IMG/VR virus record: IMGVR_UViG_3300046004_002250
Span: 1 to 63,279 of that record
Source: a virus
Lineage: Duplodnaviria; Caudoviricetes
Length of the DNA stretch: 63,279 nt
Strand: one strand, 5' to 3'
Made by a program: the position numbers and the translations under genes
Notes under the pieces: model-generated
Seen by the model: the letters and a program-made list of their open reading frames with translations, nothing else
Told to the model about the DNA's origin: nothing
Databases searched by the model: none
Shown: in pieces, positions 29,536 to 39,042 of the stretch
Position numbering within the stretch: the first letter of the stretch is position 1
Layout of the letters: each line of letters starts with the position of its first letter

Positions 29536-29952
29536 ATGAAAACAGCACTAACTGCAAAGATATTGAGGGAGGTCTTGTCGGACCTCGAATGGGATCAAAC
29601 TGAAACGGCTAGACGCGTCAAATTGGCGAGGCCGCAAGTCTCGCTGCATTTGGCTGCTGTGAGGCCAGTGCGGGATGATCATCTGGCGAAATATTTGAAG
29701 GCGCTGCCGAGCACAGATGCTCTGCGTGTGCTTAATGCCTGGATGAAGGATGTGGTGAAAATCGATGTGCTGAACTCGCTGGGGCAGGAGAAATGGACGC
29801 GAGTGGCTAAGGTGCAGATCGATGCGACGCCGAAGGTGAAGGCGGTGATGCAATGGTGGGCTGAGCAGATGGCGGGGGATGCTGAAATGGAGACAATTTT
29901 TATGGCGCTCTCTCGCCGTATGGGATTTGATGAGAAAAAACTCAAACACTGA
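29536..29952 (+). CDS. XRE-type HTH repressor (CI-like)
   Basis: LEWDQTETARRVKLARPQVSLHL; divergent from the xis operon. Confidence 0.7.
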   Translation: MKTALTAKILREVLSDLEWDQTETARRVKLARPQVSLHLAAVRPVRDDHLAKYLKALPSTDALRVLNAWMKDVVKIDVLNSLGQEKWTRVAKVQIDATPKVKAVMQWWAEQMAGDAEMETIFMALSRRMGFDEKKLKH

Positions 29953-29957
29953 AAATT

Positions 29958-30305
29958 ATGGCAGCACTTCCAGACTGGTATGTTTATCTCCCTGAGCAGG
30001 GAGTCATTGGGCCAATGAGTTGGAAGGAACTGCAGGGGTATCCTCGCAACACGCTTGCAGGCTATTCTGGAGGCAAGCTGTGGTATCCCAGGTGCGTGTG
30101 GTGCGAGAATGGTGATCTGTATGTGGGGCTCGTTGGGATGGTGTTTCTTGTGGGATTGATTTGGACTTCGGCGGGGGTGGTGGAATACCTCTTTTATGAC
30201 AGTTACTACTCAAGCGATGAGTGGGGGATCTATTGGGCTGGTATATTGCTGTGGATCTTTCTCATTATTCGCCTGAGGAACAGGCTTGGTGTGTCGTTCG
30301 AGTAG
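29958..30305 (+). CDS. GYF_2-like membrane protein (lysogeny-expressed candidate)
   Basis: WYVY...GPMSWKEL followed by two TM helices; directly downstream of the repressor. Confidence 0.6.
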   Translation: MAALPDWYVYLPEQGVIGPMSWKELQGYPRNTLAGYSGGKLWYPRCVWCENGDLYVGLVGMVFLVGLIWTSAGVVEYLFYDSYYSSDEWGIYWAGILLWIFLIIRLRNRLGVSFE

Positions 30306-30543
30306 GCACCCCGTTCCCCGAGGTCGATCGTGGTTGGAGGCATGTAGCTGTCAGCTTGCAATCCACGATTTCAGAAGTGACCACCACCGTGGAAAAGGAA
30401 TCTCTTTTTGTGTGGGACACGTTGGGTTATACCGAAGGGGAAAAGTCGCGGAGGGTTTGGTTTTTTCTTGAATGTCCCATTGGAGGGGTGGGACACGAAA
30501 TGTCTGAGGTGTCGGCGCTGTAAATTGAGACAGTTGACGGGAC

Positions 30544-31332
30544 ATGTCTCATATCATGAGTGATGAGGCAGGCCATAGTGAGGATGTGGCAGATCAGGCG
30601 CAGGAGGACTTGGAAAGTATCCGGCGTCAGGATTTGCAGAACATCCGTGCCTTTGCGAGAGCCGGGCGGCCTTTGACTGCGGAGCAGTTGCGGAGACTTG
30701 AGGCGGCGGACAGGGGGCAGGGTTCTTTGAATCTGGAGACGAGTGCTGCGGGCCAGCCGGTGTATGTGGCAAATCAGTCCATGCTGGCAGAGGCGCTAAA
30801 TCTGGCGGACCGGAAAACGATCCAGCGTTGGTTGCGCAAGGAAGGTGCGCCGCAGGCGACTGATGACGGGCGCTATGATGTGACGGCGTGGCGGGCTTGG
30901 ATGCTGACCAATGGGCTTGGCAGCAGGCGCAAGGAGCATGATCTGGAATCACTCAAGAAGGAACATGCGACGCTGGACCTGCGGACGAAGCAGATCGAGC
31001 TGGATGAACTGGAAGGACGCAGCGCGCCGATTGATGATGTGGTGCGGATTGTGGTGGAGCAGTATGCGCGGATGGTGCAGGGCTTTCGATCCATGCGGCA
31101 CTCACTGGCACCAGCGGTGGTTGGGGAAACGGTGCCGGAGGCGAGCAAGCGCATTGCGGCGGCGGTTGACGAGGTGCTTGGGCAATTTGCGATTCCTGAG
31201 AGCGCAAAAAAAAAAGTGTTTTGGAGGAACGCATCTACGAAGCTTGCAAGCCGCCTACCAGTGTTGCTCCACACGATTATGCCAGAGCCCACTTCCGTTT
31301 GCACAACGGAGACCGATGGGACCCTGACCTGA
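30544..31332 (+). CDS. terS: Terminase small subunit (Nu1-like)
   Basis: HTH (NQSMLAEAL...RKTIQRW..EGAP...GRYDV) plus coiled coil; upstream of terL. Confidence 0.8.
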   Translation: MSHIMSDEAGHSEDVADQAQEDLESIRRQDLQNIRAFARAGRPLTAEQLRRLEAADRGQGSLNLETSAAGQPVYVANQSMLAEALNLADRKTIQRWLRKEGAPQATDDGRYDVTAWRAWMLTNGLGSRRKEHDLESLKKEHATLDLRTKQIELDELEGRSAPIDDVVRIVVEQYARMVQGFRSMRHSLAPAVVGETVPEASKRIAAAVDEVLGQFAIPESAKKKVFWRNASTKLASRLPVLLHTIMPEPTSVCTTETDGTLT

Positions 31333-32996
31333 GATTTCAGGAAAAGATCATGCGGGATTTTGCCGATCCGGCGATCCGCAAGCAGGCCTGCCAGTGCAGT
31401 GCGCAGAGCACGAAGACGGTGCTGATGTATGGCTGCATGGGTTATGCGTTTTTGGAAGATCCGGGCCCGTTTCTTTGGGTGACGAAGTCGCTGCCGGAAG
31501 CGAAGAAGATGGCGGAAGCCTACTTGTGGCCGTTCTGGGAGAACACGCCAAAGCTGATGGAGAAGCTGCCGACGCAGCGAGACAAGAAACGGAAACTGTC
31601 GGCAAACTTTGGCGGGTTTTATTTCAACATCACGGGGGCTGATGCGGCGGCATCATTGCAGTCGCTGCCTTACCGATACTTATTTTTGGACGAGGTGCGG
31701 CAATGGCGTGCGGGGGCGCTGGAGCAGGCGAGCAAGCGGACGCGGTCGTATCCGCATAACTACAAGCAGTTCATGGTCTCCTGTCCGGACATGGAGGAGG
31801 ATATGATGGATCGAGCGTTTCTGGCCGGCAGTCAGGAACACTGGCATGTGCCATGCAGGAGTTGTGGCCACATGCAGGTGCTTGACTGGGGTGAGAAGAA
31901 AAAACCGGGCGGGGTGAAGTGGGATGACAATGAGATCACGCACCCGAACGGTGTGTGGAATCTGGACGAGGCCACGAAGTCATTGCGCTTTGAGTGTGAG
32001 TCCTGCGGGCATGAGCACCGCGACATCCGGCCATCAGGTGCAGACCGGAAATGGTTTTGTCGTGAAGGTGAATGGGTGGCTTACAATCCTGATGCACCGG
32101 CGGACTACAAGAGCTACACATGGAATGCGCTGCTGCCGCACTTCACCAGTTGGGCGGATCAGTTTCATGAGTTTCTGCGGGCAACGCAGGCGTTGAAGTC
32201 GGGCGACATCATGCCGCTCAAGGATCATTGGAATGAAACCCGCGGCAAGGTGTGGGCTGACCGGATGCGCTTTGCCAAGGACGATGAGTTCTTGAAGGAG
32301 CGTGAGCATCATTACCTGCCGGGCGATGTCTGGGAGAATGAAGTGCGGCGGTTCATGACGATCGACGTTCAGGGCAAGGGCGGACGCCACTATTGGGTGG
32401 TGATTCGTGCCTGGGGACAGTTCGGCCAATCCCGCAAGCTGCATCATGAAAAGGTTTACACGCGGGAGGATCTGATGCGGTTGCAAAAAGAGTGGGGTGT
32501 TGACCCGCGCAATGTGGCGATCGACTCGGCCTACTCGACGGCGGAGATTTACAAGCTGGTCATGGAGAGTGGCGGGCTGTGGAAAGCCATTCGTGGGGAG
32601 GAGAAACAATTCTTCACGCAGGATCACGGAGTCAAGGCGATCTGGGCCATGTCGAAGTTTGACCCGGCCATGGGCACGCGGTTGCAGGGACAGGTGGCGG
32701 CGATGCCGTTGTGGCTGTTCTCAGCACCGGCGACGAGGGAGCGGTTGGTGATGATGATGTATGGTGATCTGGGCGACTGGAGGCTGCCGCTGAATGAGGA
32801 TCATGAATACAAGCGGCAGGTGACAGCTTGGGAGCGCAAGCTGGTGCAGGGCGGACGGGGTGGTGCCAGCTACGTCTGGTATCAAAAGCGGGTCGATGAC
32901 CATCTGGAAGCCTGTGAGCGTATGCAGATTGCATGCGCGGCGATCTGTGGGCTTTTTGAGGCGGCAGATGGCAGTGCGCAGTTGCCACTGCTCTGA
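31221..32996 (+). CDS. terL: Terminase large subunit, GpA family
   Basis: SAQSTKT Walker A, LFLDEV Walker B, CxxC motifs, TIDVQ and DHLEAC nuclease motifs; start uncertain. Confidence 0.93.
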   Translation: MEERIYEACKPPTSVAPHDYARAHFRLHNGDRWDPDLRFQEKIMRDFADPAIRKQACQCSAQSTKTVLMYGCMGYAFLEDPGPFLWVTKSLPEAKKMAEAYLWPFWENTPKLMEKLPTQRDKKRKLSANFGGFYFNITGADAAASLQSLPYRYLFLDEVRQWRAGALEQASKRTRSYPHNYKQFMVSCPDMEEDMMDRAFLAGSQEHWHVPCRSCGHMQVLDWGEKKKPGGVKWDDNEITHPNGVWNLDEATKSLRFECESCGHEHRDIRPSGADRKWFCREGEWVAYNPDAPADYKSYTWNALLPHFTSWADQFHEFLRATQALKSGDIMPLKDHWNETRGKVWADRMRFAKDDEFLKEREHHYLPGDVWENEVRRFMTIDVQGKGGRHYWVVIRAWGQFGQSRKLHHEKVYTREDLMRLQKEWGVDPRNVAIDSAYSTAEIYKLVMESGGLWKAIRGEEKQFFTQDHGVKAIWAMSKFDPAMGTRLQGQVAAMPLWLFSAPATRERLVMMMYGDLGDWRLPLNEDHEYKRQVTAWERKLVQGGRGGASYVWYQKRVDDHLEACERMQIACAAICGLFEAADGSAQLPLL

Positions 32997-33011
32997 CCAG
33001 ACCAGACCTAG

Positions 33012-33320
33012 TTTACTCGTAATCGAGTAAAAACGGTGTTTTCTATAAAAATGGGAAAACTGTGCACACCTTGCTGGAAATTGGCAGACCTTGCAAAAAA
33101 GGAGTGTGCCGCGTGGAACGGTTGAGTTCGTGGCGAGGAACAGTGTTTCATCATACCTTACATACCTTGCATACCTTTTTGAAGATGGGGTAAGGGAAGA
33201 CGCATTAAAAATCGTCGTTTATGTGTATAAGGGATACCCCCCTCTGAGGTGTGCAGGTGTGCAAAAAAGTGCTAGAAGCCTTTTGTCGTGGGCGTTCCAC
33301 GCTGCATGCTTACCTTTTGG
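33012..33320. repeat. Non-coding iteron-like array (origin or packaging site candidate)
   Basis: CANACCTT at 33065, 33085, 33152, 33161 and 33170; inverted AGGTGTG at 33247 and 33255; palindrome at 33012-33031. Confidence 0.6.
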
Positions 33321-33370
33321 CTTGATAACTCCGTTGTTTGGAAGGCTTTAAGCCTGTGGAACGCCTGATT

Positions 33371-33694
33371 TTACGAGGCTTTTGCCAATCTGCGCACCCC
33401 TGGCCTGATGAGCAGAGGTGTGCAGCGCGGTGGGGTTGCGGGTGTTTTTTCCTGCGTAACGATCTGAATTTGAGGGATGTAGGAGCGGTAATCGAGGTAT
33501 GCAGAGCATTCGCTGCGGGCGTGTCCGGTTTGAATGGACCGGACGTGTTTGCAGGTGCGTTGGCCGTCTGCGGTGGTGCGCCTTGTCCAGCCGGGGCAGT
33601 TGCAGGTGATGAGACCGGTATCTAAAACAAGGGTCTCATAGGTGCTTTTGCTGCTGCTGCTGGCAAAGCGGTAAAGCTCATTGATGGTGCTCAT
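33371..33694 (-). CDS. SWIM zinc-finger protein
   Basis: SSSKSTYE...TCNCPGW...CKH. Confidence 0.8.
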   Translation of the reverse strand: MSTINELYRFASSSSKSTYETLVLDTGLITCNCPGWTRRTTADGQRTCKHVRSIQTGHARSECSAYLDYRSYIPQIQIVTQEKTPATPPRCTPLLIRPGVRRLAKAS

Positions 33695-33714
33695 GTTGAT
33701 AGGGCGTTAGTGAG

Positions 33715-34224
33715 ATGCAGACAAAATTAATGGAGATGAGCCAAAGGTTAGATTCGGCGCTGAACGAGTTTTACTATCCGAACATGCCGGCCTTGGCTGC
33801 GGCAGTGAAAATGAAGGGGTCTGGCATTGGCCGCCGTAAGTGGCAGAAAGTGTTCAGAGATGCCCGCAAAGAGCATCCTAAACCGGCGGAATGGTTGACC
33901 GATCCCTCAGTGAAGAGTTTCCGTGGCAAGGTGTTTAAGGCGCCTGTGGCGACTCCGCACGATACGTTCAAGGAACAATATCGGACACATGCCTACCCGT
34001 TGCTCGAAATCCAAAAGCGTTATGGCACAGGTGAAGGCCATGCGAAAGTGGCACGCACGATGGGGTTCACCACGAATCGGCAGGGCTTCGTCTCTCGCGG
34101 AGAGGCACAGCAACGGGCATGGAAAAAAGGGATTCGGATTGATGATCCGGAAGCACCGTGGAGGAAGAAATCTTGGAAAGGTCTTCACTCATCTGACATG
34201 CGTGGTCACTATGGCCCGCCGTGA
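33715..34224 (+). CDS. Antisense cargo cassette 1 (basic protein with conserved leader)
   Basis: TTGAT-N14-ATG; MQTKLMEMSQRLDSALNEF leader; GFTTNRQGFVSR.EA motif. Confidence 0.8.
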   Translation: MQTKLMEMSQRLDSALNEFYYPNMPALAAAVKMKGSGIGRRKWQKVFRDARKEHPKPAEWLTDPSVKSFRGKVFKAPVATPHDTFKEQYRTHAYPLLEIQKRYGTGEGHAKVARTMGFTTNRQGFVSRGEAQQRAWKKGIRIDDPEAPWRKKSWKGLHSSDMRGHYGPP

Positions 34225-34465
34225 TCCATCCGTGAAGATAGGGGGCATAAGCGGGCACATCAAGTGGGGCGCCTGATGCTTTCACAAAGTCCGCTGGGGA
34301 CATGCTTTTGACGCATTTGTGAGTATCGTAATCAAAAAGTTTAACGCTATCATCTTTGTAGAAGAAGCGTGCGGCGTATTCTTGCCCATTTACGGTGACA
34401 TGATCTGAGGTGTTAGATATATGCCACAAGGAGCGGAGAGCATCGGGTGAGTAAGATTGAAGCAT
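34067..34465 (-). CDS. Hypothetical protein
   Basis: Lower-GC ORF whose 3' end overlaps cassette 1. Confidence 0.45.
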   Translation of the reverse strand: MLQSYSPDALRSLWHISNTSDHVTVNGQEYAARFFYKDDSVKLFDYDTHKCVKSMSPADFVKASGAPLDVPAYAPYLHGWITAGHSDHACQMSEDLSKISSSTVLPDHQSESLFSMPVAVPLRERRSPADSW

Positions 34466-34500
34466 GGGTTAAGATAAGAGGCTGGAATAACGGTTCAAGC

Positions 34501-34719
34501 TCATGATTTGTTGGCTGGGACGCCTTCGCGGATTTTCTTTTCAAAGATGCAATGTTCACCGTCAGTGCGAATCCAGCGGTAGCCGTTTTTGAGCAGGTTG
34601 CTGAGTTCGGTGGAGTGTGCATCTGCGGACAGGTAAACACTTTTTGGCACTGGCACGGCGAGCATGGGATTGACGATGTGCAACGGCATTGTGGCGTAGT
34701 GATACAGATCGGAAATCAT
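34501..34719 (-). CDS. Hypothetical protein
   Basis: Coupled to the ParB gene. Confidence 0.5.
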   Translation of the reverse strand: MISDLYHYATMPLHIVNPMLAVPVPKSVYLSADAHSTELSNLLKNGYRWIRTDGEHCIFEKKIREGVPANKS

Positions 34720-36320
34720 TTGGGTTGGAGGGTGATGGGGTCGAGGTGTTTGAGGGAGCCGGGGAGTTTGCTGCCGGTGGCGGCGCGGACGTAGGCGGCG
34801 GGGAGGTCAAACTTGGTGAGGGTTGAGATGTGGGTCATTTCAGCGATGAAGGCGGGGCTGGCGATGTCGCTCTGGCGCTCGGTGTGGGCGCGGTCACGGA
34901 GACGGCGGATGATGACGTTGCAGACGCTGTCCCAAAGCGCGTCAATCGTGGTTTTAAGGTCTTGGTTCTGGAGTTGGTGAAACTCATCCCAGGTCTTGGG
35001 ATTGACGCTGTTGGCGTTGGAGTCGGTGCCAAAGCTGGTGGCGAGTATGAGCAGGGAATCGGTGCCTAATCCAAGGTGGCCAAACTTACAGGCATCAAGG
35101 TGCAGGCGCAGGTCATCGAGGACGAGGCTGTAGCGTTTACCTTGCAGGCGGGTGATGCTGGCGTGGATGGCTTCGGCGGGATCTTTGATGCCGTCTTGGC
35201 TGGAGGGTTTGGGGAGAGGTTTGCTGTTGGGGCCAGTGGGTTCTGGGGCAATTTTCCAAGTGAGTTTGACTTTACCGTTTTCTTCCTCAAGGAAGGGTTC
35301 GGCTACGGGGTCTGATTTCTTGGAAGTTTTCCAGTTATGGAAGTTCCATTGGTTCCGAAGTTTGAGAGTGGACCCATCTGCCAGCGTGACGGGATCGGGA
35401 TCGTAGGATGCAGAGATGGCGTAGTAGCCTTTGGGGGCTTTGGCGATGGCGGCCTGCCACTCGGCGTCACGGGCGAGGTTTTTGCGTTTATTGAAGCAGG
35501 CAGGGTTGAGGCATTGGGCGCACTTGGTCACTTTGGCATCAGCAAACTCGGTGTTGCTGAACAGATCGCTGGCGACGCTGCTGGTGGCGCAACCGCTGGG
35601 GCCGCAGCCTTCGATGAAGGTGGCGGGGTTATCGAGCCATTTGGCGTCTTTGAGTGAGCAACTGAGACTAGACAGCCATGAAACGACTTCGGAATGGCTG
35701 GGGCTTTCATAGCCATCTACGACCCACTCGCTGTGGAAATGCTCCTGCAGTTCGGGACTCAGGGCGGCGACGAGTTCCATGGTGGCGATGGGCAGGTTGT
35801 GGATGCTGCTTTCGGGGTCTTGCCAGGCGGTGTGGATGCTGTCGGTGAGGGCGCAGAGGCGCATCCGGCGTTTGACCCATGAGTCGGGCCGGCCAAGCAT
35901 GGCGGCGATGGATTCCGGGGTGCTGCCGGGCAGTTCAGTGAGTCGGCGGATCTGAGCGGCTTCCTCGCGTGGTTCGGGGTTTTCACGCTGCAAGTTTTCG
36001 ATGGCGAGCATGGCTTCAATTTCGGCATCAGAGAGATCACGGACGATGCAGTCGAGGGAGAGCCCGGCGAGTTTGGCGGCGTGCCAGCGGCGGGCTCCAG
36101 CGCCGAGTTGGTAGCGGTCGGGCTTGGTGGGATGCGGGCGGACGGTGACGGGCTGGATCTGGCCGTGGCTGCGCATGGAGTCGGCAAGGCCGCGGCAGGA
36201 CTCAGGTGTGATCTGCCGGTTGTGCGGATGGGGATCGATGGATTTAGTGGCGATCCATTGGCGAGTGCCGTCGGTGATGGTGGTTTGGGCGGTGGGTTTT
36301 GGGGTGGGTTTGGTTTTCAT
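34716..36320 (-). CDS. ParB/Spo0J-family protein
   Basis: LADSMRSHGQIQPVTVR, GARRWHAA, ENLQREN, HTH, Cys cluster. Confidence 0.88.
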   Translation of the reverse strand: MKTKPTPKPTAQTTITDGTRQWIATKSIDPHPHNRQITPESCRGLADSMRSHGQIQPVTVRPHPTKPDRYQLGAGARRWHAAKLAGLSLDCIVRDLSDAEIEAMLAIENLQRENPEPREEAAQIRRLTELPGSTPESIAAMLGRPDSWVKRRMRLCALTDSIHTAWQDPESSIHNLPIATMELVAALSPELQEHFHSEWVVDGYESPSHSEVVSWLSSLSCSLKDAKWLDNPATFIEGCGPSGCATSSVASDLFSNTEFADAKVTKCAQCLNPACFNKRKNLARDAEWQAAIAKAPKGYYAISASYDPDPVTLADGSTLKLRNQWNFHNWKTSKKSDPVAEPFLEEENGKVKLTWKIAPEPTGPNSKPLPKPSSQDGIKDPAEAIHASITRLQGKRYSLVLDDLRLHLDACKFGHLGLGTDSLLILATSFGTDSNANSVNPKTWDEFHQLQNQDLKTTIDALWDSVCNVIIRRLRDRAHTERQSDIASPAFIAEMTHISTLTKFDLPAAYVRAATGSKLPGSLKHLDPITLQPK

Positions 36321-36340
36321 GTTGATACGTGGGTGGTGGT

Positions 36341-36466
36341 ATGAATCGAGATTTGACGCGATTGAATCGCAGACTGGATGCGGCGCTGACTCAGTTTGGA
36401 GTCACTGAGTTTGCCAAGATGTCGAAGGACACTTTTAAGGCGGTCTGGCGGCGTTCGCGGTTGTGA
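36341..36466 (+). CDS. Antisense cargo cassette 2 (41-aa micro-ORF, possibly a remnant)
   Basis: Translated by hand as MNRDLTRLNRRLDAALTQFGVTEFAKMSKDTFKAVWRRSRL*; TTGAT-N14-ATG at 36322. Confidence 0.7.
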   Translation: MNRDLTRLNRRLDAALTQFGVTEFAKMSKDTFKAVWRRSRL

Positions 36467-36515
36467 TCCAAGCGTGGGTCATCAAAGAGAGTTGGATCGA
36501 GGTAGGGTGTTGAGA

Positions 36516-36902
36516 TCATCGTGATTTGCAAAAAAACGGGCGGTCGAAGGGGTCATCGAAATAGATGTTTTCCGCGCCACGGGAGGTTTCAAAAATGAGG
36601 CAATCGCGCTGGAGGGCGATCATGTCGTCGCGCTCCAATTCACGCGGGCCGGAACGTGGCAGATGCTGCAAGCCAACAATGCCCTGGGAGATTTCCAGCA
36701 CACAGCGTGCGCCGCTGGCTTTGGGTTTGCCGGTGCTGTTGCCGTGGATCATGCTGGCGTGCGCGGCTTGCAGCAAGACGCCGGTGCAGTCATGGATCTG
36801 CTTGCCTTGGATCAAGCGGACGGTGAGACCGCTTTTGAGGTTAGCTTTGCAGTAGTAAATCGTGATTGGTTCTTTGGGTGTGGCGCGGAGGAGGTGTGTC
36901 AT
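36516..36902 (-). CDS. Hypothetical protein
   Basis: Coupled minus-strand ORF. Confidence 0.6.
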   Translation of the reverse strand: MTHLLRATPKEPITIYYCKANLKSGLTVRLIQGKQIHDCTGVLLQAAHASMIHGNSTGKPKASGARCVLEISQGIVGLQHLPRSGPRELERDDMIALQRDCLIFETSRGAENIYFDDPFDRPFFCKSR

Positions 36903-37168
36903 GGTGAGTTGCGGTTTGGGTTGGGGATGGAAAAAAGGGCGTCGTAGGGGCCGTGGCTGTCTTTGCGGCGTTCAGCCCAGACGATGAGAACACGGGGCTT
37001 CATGTGCTCTGGCACGGGTGTGCCGGGGATCTTGCCGGGTTTGTATTTGCCGCGGTCAAAGCGCTCTTTGGGCAAGCTGGCCAAGCTGTGACCTTGAACG
37101 GGGTTGAACAGGGAATCGCGCAAGGCAGCGGTGAACTGTCGCTTGGTGAGGATGGTGTCGTATTTCAT
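36899..37168 (-). CDS. Hypothetical protein
   Basis: MKYDTIL start; ATGA overlaps. Confidence 0.55.
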   Translation of the reverse strand: MKYDTILTKRQFTAALRDSLFNPVQGHSLASLPKERFDRGKYKPGKIPGTPVPEHMKPRVLIVWAERRKDSHGPYDALFSIPNPNRNSP

Positions 37169-37371
37169 GGTTGGCAGTGGAATTTCCAGATTGAATCTTC
37201 TTTGCCGGAGGTGATGCAGAGGTAGCGGGCGACGAGGGTTGTGTTGCCTGCGATCGTGTAGCCAAAGACGCAAAATTGTCCGGCGAAGAAGCGGCCGTCT
37301 GGGCCGGTGGAGACGATGAGTTCAGGTGACTTGCTCATCTCGGACATGGTCATGGTTTCGGTTAGAATCAT
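37165..37371 (-). CDS. Hypothetical protein
   Basis: MILTET start; coupled ORF. Confidence 0.4.
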   Translation of the reverse strand: MILTETMTMSEMSKSPELIVSTGPDGRFFAGQFCVFGYTIAGNTTLVARYLCITSGKEDSIWKFHCQP

Positions 37372-37375
37372 GGGA

Positions 37376-38194
37376 TTAGGCGGCGAAATCGAAGTCGAGT
37401 TGGCCGCGGTTGGCGGTGATGCGGGCCTCGCGTTCGGCGGTGGTGGCGGCGATGGCGGCGGCGATTTTTTGTAGTTCAGCGGTGGCGGTGCGGGCGGCGT
37501 CTTCGGCGCGTTCGACGGCGGTGCGGCGGTAGGGGTGGAGGACGCCAACGAGGGTGGTTTCGTTGCGGTGTTCTTCCAGACTCAGGCTGTTGCCCCAGAT
37601 CACATTGGCGGGCACACCGCAGAGGGTGAGTTGGATGTAGGTGGCCATGAACATCTTGGGGTCAACGTCCACGGCGGTGAGCCAGTAGTGCCAGGGCATG
37701 AAGCCTTTTTCATGGAGCACGTTGGTGGTGGCGATGGCCATCGCTCCGGCACCGCAGGCGGGCTCGCAGATGGTGAGGCGGCGGTCGGGATCGGGTTGTT
37801 GCTCGCCCATCGTCATGCGGGCCATCAGGTCGCAGACGTGTTTTGGGGTGAAGAATTGGCCGTTCCATGAGGAGAGCAGTTCAAGTTCGCTAGCGACACA
37901 GCCGAGGAAATCATAGCGTTCGCGGTCGAGGCCCATGACGAGGTGGGCCATGGCCTCGCGAAACTTGGCGGGGTATTTGTAGCGGGCTTCGATCGAGAGA
38001 AATTCTTTTTCCTTTTCGGTATTCATCTCGCCGGTTTGGAATTTGCAGACGGCTTGCGACAAGCTCAGGTAGGCGAGGTTGAGGAAGTCGCTGAACGTCT
38101 CCCACATGGAGCGCGATCCGAAGGAGGTCTCTTCCAGGCAGGTGGCAAAGGTGTGGTGGTGTTTGTGGGAAAAGTGAGATGATTTCATGGGCAT
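37376..38194 (-). CDS. N6-adenine DNA methylase-like protein (SAM-binding half only)
   Basis: GQFFTP, EPACGAG, AVDVD, GNSLS; no NPPY/F motif seen. Confidence 0.8.
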   Translation of the reverse strand: MPMKSSHFSHKHHHTFATCLEETSFGSRSMWETFSDFLNLAYLSLSQAVCKFQTGEMNTEKEKEFLSIEARYKYPAKFREAMAHLVMGLDRERYDFLGCVASELELLSSWNGQFFTPKHVCDLMARMTMGEQQPDPDRRLTICEPACGAGAMAIATTNVLHEKGFMPWHYWLTAVDVDPKMFMATYIQLTLCGVPANVIWGNSLSLEEHRNETTLVGVLHPYRRTAVERAEDAARTATAELQKIAAAIAATTAEREARITANRGQLDFDFAA

Positions 38195-38217
38195 AAAAAA
38201 ACCGCCGGATGGCGGTT
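38195..38217 (-). terminator. Rho-independent terminator
   Basis: AACCGCC-ATCC-GGCGGTTTTTT on the minus strand. Confidence 0.7.
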
Positions 38218-38308
38218 GGTGGGTGGAGGATGTTGGTGGGATGATTAGAAGGCGGGAAGGGCCATGCGTGCCGGCTGTTCATGCAGGTGCCACATGAAAT
38301 GCTCAACA

Positions 38309-38602
38309 TCAGCGCCAGTCCACTGGCTGGCTGGTTTGGGTGTCTGATTTGAAACGGTTCGGCTCATCTTCGGTGATCTCACAGACCAAATGCTCAGGCA
38401 CTCCATAGAGCACATTGCAGGTGGTCAGCGAGTTGCGCCATGTTGCGCGCTCCACAGTTGCGAGGCCGTTTCCATTCGTGGTCACTTTCACGGACTCGCC
38501 CGTCGAGAAGTTGCAATATGTTCCAGCCAGCGGAGACGCAAGCCGAACAAATCGGATGCAGGCAACGGCTCTAGGAGTCGGTGGAGTATTCATAGCTTTC
38601 AT
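38309..38602 (-). CDS. Hypothetical protein
   Basis: Coupled ORF. Confidence 0.45.
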   Translation of the reverse strand: MKAMNTPPTPRAVACIRFVRLASPLAGTYCNFSTGESVKVTTNGNGLATVERATWRNSLTTCNVLYGVPEHLVCEITEDEPNRFKSDTQTSQPVDWR

Positions 38603-39042
38603 TTCGCCGTCGCCTGATCCGAAGCGTTCTCTAGCGGGTGTGTCTCAAGAGCGGCCATCGCTGATTCCCACGCTTCGCGAATGCGGCGGCAGTCGCCATT
38701 TGTGACCTGGATTTCCACGTCCATATCCCAATCTTCAAAATCAGGCTGATGCTGTTCGCCAATGAGTCGTGTGACGTTCACGCATTTGATGAGCGCGGCA
38801 CGCATGTCGTCCACGGCTCTTTCGGCTTTGCGTGCTCGCATCTTCCATACGCTTGCCATGTTGATTTCGAGTATGCGGTCTTGAGTGGCGTGACTGTTGA
38901 GGATTCGCGCGCACCAGCCGGTGTAGCGTTCGAGAGCTTCTAAGCTGGGTTCAGCATCGAAAGTCACGCTCACGGTGTCGTTGACTTGATCTTGATGCCG
39001 CAGTGTGGCTTTGACTTCGAGTTGGGATTTACCTTTGGGCAT
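38599..39042 (-). CDS. Hypothetical protein
   Basis: Coupled ORF. Confidence 0.6.
   Translation of the reverse strand: MPKGKSQLEVKATLRHQDQVNDTVSVTFDAEPSLEALERYTGWCARILNSHATQDRILEINMASVWKMRARKAERAVDDMRAALIKCVNVTRLIGEQHQPDFEDWDMDVEIQVTNGDCRRIREAWESAMAALETHPLENASDQATAK

Noticed and set aside
33091-33351. 86-aa ORF after terL
   Set aside because: TTG start, atypical composition, and it overlaps the repeat array; probably non-coding
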